Positions 55,808 through 64,000 of a DNA stretch of 64,000 nt are shown in pieces. Made by a program: the position numbers and the translations under genes. Source of the DNA: Octopus vulgaris (Eukaryota); assembly GCA_951406725.2 (NCBI GenBank), contig OX597839.1, forward strand, positions 27,652,001 through 27,716,000, in the 5' to 3' direction. Numbering within the stretch: position 1 is the first letter of the stretch; every line of letters begins with the position of its first letter. The notes under the pieces were generated by a model. That model was not told where the DNA came from. It saw only the letters and a program-made list of their open reading frames with translations, and ran no database searches.

Positions 55808-56220
55808 AGGAGTGGCTGTGTGGTAAGTAGCTTGCTAACCAACCACATGGTTCCGGGTTCAGTCCCACTGCGTGGCATCTTGGCCAAGTGTCTTCTGCTA
55901 TAGCCCCGGGCCGACCAATGCCTTGTGAGTGGATTTGGTAGACGGAAACTGAAAGAAGCCTGTCGTATATATCTATATATATATATTAGTGTGTGTGTAT
56001 ATGTTTGTGTGTCTGTGTTTGTCCCCCTAGCATGGCTCGACAACCGATGCTGGTGTGTTTACGTCCCCGTCACTTAGCGGTTCGGCAAAAGAGACCGATA
56101 GAATAAGTACTGGGCTTACAAAGAATAAGTCCCGGGGTCGATTTGCTCGACTAAAGGCGGTGCTCCAGCATGGCCGCAGTCAATAGACTGAAACAAGTAA
56201 AAGAGAAAAAGAGTAAAGAG
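55808..56220 (+). mobile_element. SINE A
   Basis: Nearly full-length copy. Confidence 0.92.
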
Positions 56221-56224
56221 AGAG

Positions 56225-56640
56225 TTCATGAGCAGGCTGCGATTATAGGCGTAAAAGAATATATTCTCATCAATTCGCCTGCTGTTGTAACACCTGGAAG
56301 TCAATGTGGGGCAATAGAAGTGGGTTGTCAAGGTATTGTGGCACATTCATTCTGCAAAACTCTGACAAGGTTTGCAGTTATTGGCGCAACAAAGAGGAAG
56401 GCCATAAATTTCATCACTGAGGTTGCAGAGAAGACACGTGAGATGGCTTTGGTCAATGAGGACTGACTGGTGGCTTAGCTGTTGTTGAGGTGCAAGCATG
56501 GATTTGATCAGCCCCAGCTGGAACAACTGGGTGAGAGAGTCTTATGGCGAAAGACCTGAAACCCCTTCTCGAAACCCCAGAAACATCACTGGCATTGCAT
56601 CACACAACATCTGCAAGGTGTACCTTAAATGAAGATCTAT
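56225..56640 (+). mobile_element. HERO-like (REL) LINE 3' end
   Basis: AIEVGCQGIVAHSFCKTL...KRKAINFITEVAEKT..RWLW resembles the HERO-clade C-terminus and is followed by a structured UTR. Confidence 0.65.
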
Positions 56641-56711
56641 GTGAATGTATGTATATGATGCATTTATATATATATACATGTCTTCGTATATACACATATA
56701 TCTATAAATAC

Positions 56712-56849
<138 letters not shown>

Positions 56850-56872
56850 CTGTATATGTATATACATATCTG

Positions 56873-56900
<28 letters not shown>

Positions 56901-56909
<9 letters not shown>

Positions 56910-57258
56910 TTAATAAGGGTGAGAGAATTAGATACTAATTTAATAGTATATTTATTCCACACCAAGTGGCCTAGTGCTACGAGAAACCTGGATTATTATA
57001 ATATTTTATAACATATTATAATATTTTCACAAAATAAATATAAGAGAGTGGTCACTATATTGATCACTCTAGCACCAGTTAATCCAAAAGGTTTCAACCA
57101 CGAAAATACATGTTTCCCATGAAAGCCAGTACGACTGTTAGCTCACACGGACAGGGCAAATAAAAAATAACAAAAATACAGATTATTTTGGGACAATTGT
57201 TTCGCTATTAATGAATTAAATGTAATATTACTTACAATAATCCATTTGTAGCTCTTCA
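56901..57258 (-). repeat. Inverted partial copy (about 358 bp) of the 533-bp unit
   Basis: Reverse complement of about 57453-57810. Confidence 0.95.
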
Positions 57259-57438
57259 CCCTTATTAATTAATTATAATTATGCTGCATTTATTTCTAAA
57301 TGCTGTATTTGTTTTCCGTGTGAGTTTGGCGCGCTGTTGGTTGGGGCATTTGAATTATAACGTCCGATGTAATCAATTGAACCGCACGCGTATTTATCGT
57401 TATGGTAAAATCTGGCGTGTGATTGAGTGGATTTCATC

Positions 57439-57532
57439 CAGATAGTCTTGGCTGAAGAGCTACAAATGGATTATTGTAAGTAATATTACATTTAATTCAT
57501 TAATAGCGAAACAATTGTCCCAAAATAATCTG
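57439..57532 (+). ncRNA. Minimal type I hammerhead ribozyme, copy 1
   Basis: CAGATAGTCTTGG-CTGAAGA-GCTA...TAGC-GAAAC-AATT-GTC^CCAAAATAATCTG; predicted cut after 57519. Confidence 0.88.
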
Positions 57533-57971
57533 TATTTTTGTTATTTTTTATTTGCCCTGTCCGTGTGAGCTAACAGTCGTACTGGCTTTCATGGGAAACA
57601 TGTATTTTCGTGGTTGAAACCTTTTGGATTAACTGGTGCTAGAGTGATCAATATAGTGACCACTCTCTTATATTTATTTTGTGAAAATATTATAATATGT
57701 TATAAAATATTATAATAATCCAGGTTTCTCGTAGCACTAGGCCACTTGGTGTGGAATAAATATACTATTAAATTAGTATCTAATTCTCTCACCCTTATTA
57801 ATTAATTATAATTATGCTGCATTTATTTCTAAATGCTGTATTTGTTTTCCGTGTGAGTTTGGCGCGCTGTTGGTTGGGGCATTTGAATTATAACGTCCGA
57901 TGTAATCAATTGAACCGCACGCGTATTTATCGTTATGGTAAAATCTGGCGTGTGATTGAGTGGATTTCATC

Positions 57972-58065
57972 CAGATAGTCTTGGCTGAAGAGCTACAAAT
58001 GGATTATTGTAAGTAATATTACATTTAATTCATTAATAGCGAAACAATTGTCCCAAAATAATCTG
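57972..58065 (+). ncRNA. Minimal type I hammerhead ribozyme, copy 2
   Basis: Identical to copy 1; predicted cut after 58052. Confidence 0.88.
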
Positions 58066-58504
58066 TATTTTTGTTATTTTTTATTTGCCCTGTCCGTGTG
58101 AGCTAACAGTCGTACTGGCTTTCATGGGAAACATGTATTTTCGTGGTTGAAACCTTTTGGATTAACTGGTGCTAGAGTGATCAATATAGTGACCACTCTC
58201 TTATATTTATTTTGTGAAAATATTATAATATGTTATAAAATATTATAATAATCCAGGTTTCTCGTAGCACTAGGCCACTTGGTGTGGAATAAATATACTA
58301 TTAAATTAGTATCTAATTCTCTCACCCTTATTAATTAATTATAATTATGCTGCATTTATTTCTAAATGCTGTATTTGTTTTCCGTGTGAGTTTGGCGCGC
58401 TGTTGGTTGGGGCATTTGAATTATAACGTCCGATGTAATCAATTGAACCGCACGCGTATTTATCGTTATGGTAAAATCTGGCGTGTGATTGAGTGGATTT
58501 CATC

Positions 58505-58598
58505 CAGATAGTCTTGGCTGAAGAGCTACAAATGGATTATTGTAAGTAATATTACATTTAATTCATTAATAGCGAAACAATTGTCCCAAAATAATCTG
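58505..58598 (+). ncRNA. Minimal type I hammerhead ribozyme, copy 3
   Basis: Identical to copy 1; predicted cut after 58585. Confidence 0.88.
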
Positions 58599-58736
58599 TA
58601 TTTTTGTTATTTTTTATTTGCCCTGTCCGTGTGAGCTAACAGTCGTACTGGCTTTCATGGGAAACATGTATTTTCGTGGTTGAAACCTTTTGGATTAACT
58701 GGTGCTAGAGTGATCAATATAGTGACCACTCTCTTA

Positions 58737-58773
<37 letters not shown>

Positions 58774-58774
58774 T

Positions 58775-58877
58775 ACAATCAGTAAGTCGTCATAATACTC
58801 AGAATTTCAAATGCCAGAGCTGAGAGCTTCTCTGGAACTTGAAACTCTGAGTATTATTGTGACAACTTACTGATTGT
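58775..58877. repeat. About 100-bp fold-back element between (TA)n tracts
   Basis: ACAATCAGTAAGTCGTCATAATACTCAGAATTTCAA..CCAGAG pairs with CTCTGG..TTGAAACTCTGAGTATTATTGTGACAACTTACTGATTGT. Confidence 0.9.
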
Positions 58878-58878
58878 C

Positions 58879-58939
<61 letters not shown>

Positions 58940-58986
58940 TCCTCTATTTACATAATATCGAGGTTTCATTCATCTTCTTTTGTCAG

Positions 58987-59028
<42 letters not shown>

Positions 59029-59481
59029 TGTGTGTTCAACGATACAAATTAGATGATATTTTTCGAACACAAAATTGGATAAATTACCCTTTGTAACTGC
59101 AGATGGACTGTTGGCCATTTTTCTTTATTTTTCCTTCTCTCTCTCTGAACTTTCGTGTTTCCGACGAGGAGCTATGCTCGAAATGTTAACAATAACTCTC
59201 TCCCTTCACCGAGCGTCAAATTAATATATTTCTTGTGCACGTCCTCACGTTCGTTTTATTTTTATTTTTTCGCTGTTTTTTTAATTGTTCGTTTTTTTAA
59301 TTGTTCATTTAGTTGCTAGCAGAAAAACTGCCCTCCGGACGGTTTTCTGCTAGCAACTGGCTAATATTTCCATATTTGATTCCCAATTCTAATAATTTTT
59401 ATGATATTTTAAGTCTAATTATTTTCTTGTATTATAGTGCTCACTTGCTTAGTAAATATTGCTTTCATTATTTTATCACAG

Positions 59482-59539
<58 letters not shown>

Positions 59540-59542
<3 letters not shown>

Positions 59543-59930
59543 CGCAGGAGTGGCTGTGTGGTAAGTAGCTTGCTAACCAACCACATGGTTCCGGGTTCAG
59601 TCCCACTGCGTGGCATCTTGGGCAAGTGTCTTCTGCTATAGCCCCGGGCCGACCAATGCCTTGTGAGTGGATTTGATAGACGGAAACTGAAAGAAGCCTG
59701 TCGTATATATGTATATATATATATATGTGTGTATGTGTGTGTGTTTGTCCCCCTAGCATTGCTTGACAACCGATGCTGGTGTGTTTACGTCCCCGTCACT
59801 TAGCGGTTCGGCAAAAGAGACCGATAGAATAAGTACTGGCCTTACAAAGAATAAATCCCGGGGTCGAGTTGCTCGACTAAAGGTGGTGCTCCAGCATGGC
59901 CGCAGTTAATAGACTGAAACAAGTAAAAGA

Positions 59931-59933
<3 letters not shown>
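59540..59933 (+). mobile_element. SINE A
   Basis: Full-length copy in (TA)n. Confidence 0.92.
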
Positions 59934-59972
<39 letters not shown>

Positions 59973-60220
59973 CCCACTCTCACACTCTCTTTTTTAAACA
60001 AACATCAAGGTAATCCAACTACGTTTAATGTGCCAAAAAATAGCAGTGATCACATAGAGATATTTTAATACCTATAGCGTATCTAATAACTCTAGCAACA
60101 AATTCACTTGATAATTCTTAGACAACGACACAAAGGAAATAAGTCACCTGGAGTCGAAGCTTCGGTACCTGTAATAAGTTGCCCAATATAATTTATTTTC
60201 AGTGTGTATAAACAATGGAA

Positions 60221-60559
60221 GGAAGCACTCCGTCGGTTACGACGACGAGGGTTCCGGTTGATCCGAATCAACGGAACAGCCTGCTCGTGAAATTAACGTG
60301 TAAGTGGCTGAGCACTCCACAGACACGTGTACCCTTAATGTAGTTCTCGGGGATATTCAGCGTGACACAGAGAGTGACAAGGCCGGCCCCTTGAAATACA
60401 GGTACAACAGAAACAGGAAGTAAGAGTGAGAGAAAGTTGTGGTGAAAGAGTACAGCAGGGATCACCACCATCCCCTGCCGGAGCCTCGTGGAGCTTTAGG
60501 TGTTTTCGCTTAATAAACACTCACAACGCCCTGTCTGGGAATCGAGACCGCGATCCTAT
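60221..60559 (-). mobile_element. 5'-truncated SINE C
   Basis: Reverse complement of family C; TGTATAAACAAT duplicated on both sides. Confidence 0.9.
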
Positions 60560-60806
60560 GTATAAACAATAATCTGATAGTATTTACACAGCGAATTTAA
60601 GTCAACAAAATACCTGATTTCCTCATCTGAAATAACGAAATAAAACTTGAAATGAAGAAATTGCAATGAATATATATTAAGTAGATTATTATTAATGAAT
60701 CAATTAGAGGCAGAAGTGAGGGAATGTGGGAGACTGTGTTGCAAATGAAATTGAAAAATTTTGCAAAAACATATTAATATTATTAAATCTCAGAATGAGG
60801 TTTTTT

Positions 60807-60843
60807 CTAGTGACGTATGCCACTGATTTCGAAGTGGCATACG
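60807..60843 (-). mobile_element. Helitron-like 3' terminus (hairpin followed by CTAG)
   Basis: Minus strand reads CGTATGCCACT-TCGAAATC-AGTGGCATACG-TCA-CTAG, downstream of a same-strand helicase remnant. Confidence 0.55.
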
Positions 60844-61270
60844 AAGCCAGCTGGAGACAACGATCTCTTGGGGCTATAAAGCTACAGTAACACCCCCTCC
60901 CCTATGTGGTGTAGCCATGTTAAGATGGCTTCTATACTTTGCATATTAATATTGTTTATCAAAAATTAAAACCTATTCAGCAGTGAACTAAAGCTTGGCA
61001 ACAAATATTTAAATTTGTGATAGTAAATAATTACAGCCGCTTCGAAAATGCTTTTTTAGCGATATATATTAACAGAGGAATTTATAAAAATTTTCCAAAG
61101 AGTGAAACCTGTAATATGGCTGTTATGGAGTGTGTGACTGACTGACTGACGGACATCACAGAAATTTATGTGCAGATATATAACTGAGTCAATCTGTTAT
61201 GTGTATTTATCATTAATAATTGATAGAACTTACATAGGTGTGCATAGATAGATAGATAGATAGGTAGATG

Positions 61271-61340
<70 letters not shown>

Positions 61341-61341
61341 A

Positions 61342-61438
<97 letters not shown>

Positions 61439-61489
61439 CGTAGGTAAGTAGGTAGGTAGGTAGGTAGGTAGATAGGTAGGTAGGTAGAC

Positions 61490-61568
<79 letters not shown>

Positions 61569-61589
61569 TAGACAGACAGACAGACAGAC

Positions 61590-61660
<71 letters not shown>

Positions 61661-61986
61661 GACAGACAGACGGACGGACGGATGGATTGATACACACACA
61701 CACACAAACTCCCACACAAAAGTCTGGTGCTGTGAGAACACATGGTAATGGTGTTTCTTTACTTTCTTCAAATATATCCAAATTTAAAATGATTTTTATA
61801 TAACGATATCCTTCATCCGAGATGTGTTGAAATATGCCAAAACAATTTACTTCCTCGCAAATCTATGTTACTTTACATATAATTTATGTGTTTATTCTAT
61901 TCACTGAAACTTGCTAAAAAGCATATTTTGCTTTAAAGTAGTATCTTCTTGTAGACACAATTGACAGTAATCATACTGTTTCGATT

Positions 61987-62370
61987 GGAGGCGCAATGGC
62001 CCATTGGTTAGGGCAGCGGACTCGCGGTCATAGGATCGCGGTTTCGATTCCCAGACCGGGCGTTGTGAGTGTTTATTGAGCGAAAACACCTAAAAGCTCC
62101 ACGAGGCTCCGGCAGGGGGTGGTGGTGATCCCTGCTGTACTCTTTCACCACAACTTTCTCTCACTCTTACTTCCTATTTCTGTTGTACCTGTATTTCAAG
62201 GGGCCGGCCTTGTCACTCTCTGTGTCACGCTAAATATCCCCGAGAACTACGTTAAGTGTACACGTGTCTGTGGAGTGTTCAGCCACTTACACGTTAATTT
62301 CACGAGCAGGCTGTTCCGTTGATTCGGATCAACCGGAACCCTCGTCGTCGTAACCGACGGAGTGCTTCCA
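61987..62370 (+). mobile_element. SINE C inserted in the Helitron ORF end
   Basis: Full-length copy; CATACTGTTT duplicated on both sides. Confidence 0.92.
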
Positions 62371-63081
62371 TATCCATACTGTTTTGATTGCTTTTAGCCA
62401 AGATTTTTACATTAGCCTTCTTTCGAACTCTAGATTATACAACATGCAGCTGACCATGTGAGAAGAATTGTGTCGGAAGATATGTTCCAATTTGTTCAAG
62501 AGTCTGTCCCTGTGTCTTGTTGCACGTCGAGGCAAAAGCTGGCTTGACAGGAAATTGTTTGTGTGTAAATGTGAATGGAACTTTCATTTCTTGAGATACA
62601 TGTAGCATTCTTGGGATTAGCAGTGTTGATCCTGCATAAGGACCAGAAGCAATCTCAGCCTCAGTAACTGGCAATGATGTGGCGTGTGCCACTGCAATGT
62701 CCATTAATAGCATCTAAATTACTCCGAAGCATTATGCAGCCATTTTTCTTCAATTTGAGAATTTGTGGTGGAAATCCTGATGGCGTAAGTTTATTGATGA
62801 ACTCGACTGGGTACAGAGTTTCATTATCAACTGTATCTGAGATTCTGTATATTTTTAATTCACCAGGGATCCTGGTCAACAGAAAACCATTCACAGATTG
62901 GTGCTGCTTCATTTGTTGGAGTAACAAGGGTTGTATTTGCAAACCACGCAGGGTTTGTGAAGTTGTTTTGAGGTCAGCATATAGAAAATGATATAGATCT
63001 GAGAGTACCACTTTCAAGGCAAGGGTCATTGGGGAGATTGATTTTGAATTCACCTAGGCTTTCTTCAACAGAAATGTTACC

Positions 63082-63530
63082 TATTTCTTTACTACCCACA
63101 AGGGGCTAAACATAGAGGGAGACAAACAAGGTCAGACACACGGATTAAGTCGATTATATCGACCCCAGTGAGTAACTGGTACTTATTTAATCGACCCCCG
63201 AAAGGATGAAAGGCAAAGACGACCTCGGCGGAATTTGAACTCAGAACATAACGGCAGACGAAATACCACTAAGCATTTCGCCCGGCGTGCTAACGTTTCT
63301 CAATTCTTTATTGCCCACAAGGGGCTAAACATAGAGGGGACAAACAAGAACAGACAAAGGGATTAGGTCGATTACATCGACCCCAGTGCGTAACTGGTAC
63401 TTAACTTATCGACCCCGAAAGGATGAAAGGCAAAGTCGACCTCGGCGGAATTTGAACTCAGAACATAACGGCAGACGAAATACCACTAAGCATTTCGCCC
63501 GGCGTGCTAACCACTCTGCTAGCTCGCCGC
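63082..63530 (-). mobile_element. SINE B dimer with TSD
   Basis: CTTCAACAGAAATGTTACC at 63063-63081 and 63531-63549. Confidence 0.9.
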
Positions 63531-64000
63531 CTTCAACAGAAATGTTACCATTTCCTACATCAAGAAGGTAATTGCCAAACTCTCTTTCATCAGAATGACC
63601 TTCTGTAAGTCTTGGATTGATTATCAACTCCACTGTTTCTACGTAATCTCAAAGAAAGATTCCTTTAGTGTTGCATCAACAATTTGTGATCTGACATCAT
63701 TATTCTGAAGTAGAATGTTCTCTTCTCGTGATACCCTAATCAGTCGGCCATGTTTAACGGAAACAGAATCATGTCGATGTCTCCGTGCATATTCAAAGAT
63801 CTCTTTCAGTCGCCGCTTTGCTCTGGTTTCATCTGATTCAGTTGCCTGCCTTTCTCTCTGATGTTTTTTTCCTTTGATGCTAAATTTTCTTTTTCCGTCG
63901 CATATTTTTTTGGATGCCCGATTTTGAATTGCAAAATTCGAATATGATATTTGTGTGATAACGAAATCAAACATGGAGTGTGTTGTGTGTGTGTGTGTGT

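Larger units (their letters stand above)
57257..58742 (+). mobile_element. 533-bp tandem array (about 2.8 copies) carrying hammerheads; retrozyme/Penelope pLTR-like
   Basis: CACCCTTATTAATTAATT starts at 57257, 57790 and 58323; copies appear identical; no ORF of 60 aa or more; (TA)n on both outer flanks. Confidence 0.92.
61933..63980 (-). pseudogene. Helitron RepHel remnant (PIF1-type helicase), internally deleted
   Basis: EFGNYLLDVGNG, YPVEFINKLTPSGFPPQILKLK..CIMLRSNLD..GHCSGTR, LLIPR..KQFPVKPAFASTCNKTQGQTL..FSHGQL and terminal TVNCVYKKILL*; charged N-terminal RERQATESDETRAKRR. Confidence 0.9.

Noticed and set aside
59154-59192. Hammerhead relic CCGACGA-GGAGC-TAT-GCTC-GAAATGTT
   Set aside because: Weak stems I and III; treated only as supporting context.
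62435-63053. Host PIF1 helicase gene
   Set aside because: Intronless, frameshifted, SINE-interrupted and with Helitron-type flanking motifs.

Overview
Eukaryotic, AT-rich, gene-poor window, most likely cephalopod (Octopus-like). That assignment is inferred from the tRNA-derived SINE families and the extreme microsatellite load. Almost all ORFs in the track are simple-repeat artefacts. Real content: many SINE copies in several modular families, a full-length IR/DR Tc1 element, a mariner remnant, a hAT MITE with nested insertions, a solo LTR, a decayed Helitron, fragments of CR1, RTE, R4/Dong and HERO-like LINEs, a Penelope-like GIY-YIG remnant, an intact initiator tRNA-Met fused to a retroposon tail, and one probable terminal exon of a host gene. 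The most notable signal is a set of minimal type I hammerhead ribozyme (HHR) motifs in several sequence-distinct, ORF-less elements, most of them embedded in (TA)n. One is an apparently identical 533-bp tandem array (about 2.8 copies, three HHRs) with an inverted terminal arm, i.e. a retrozyme/Penelope pLTR-like unit predicted to release 533-nt monomers that could circularise. All coordinates and pairings were read by eye; no searches were run.
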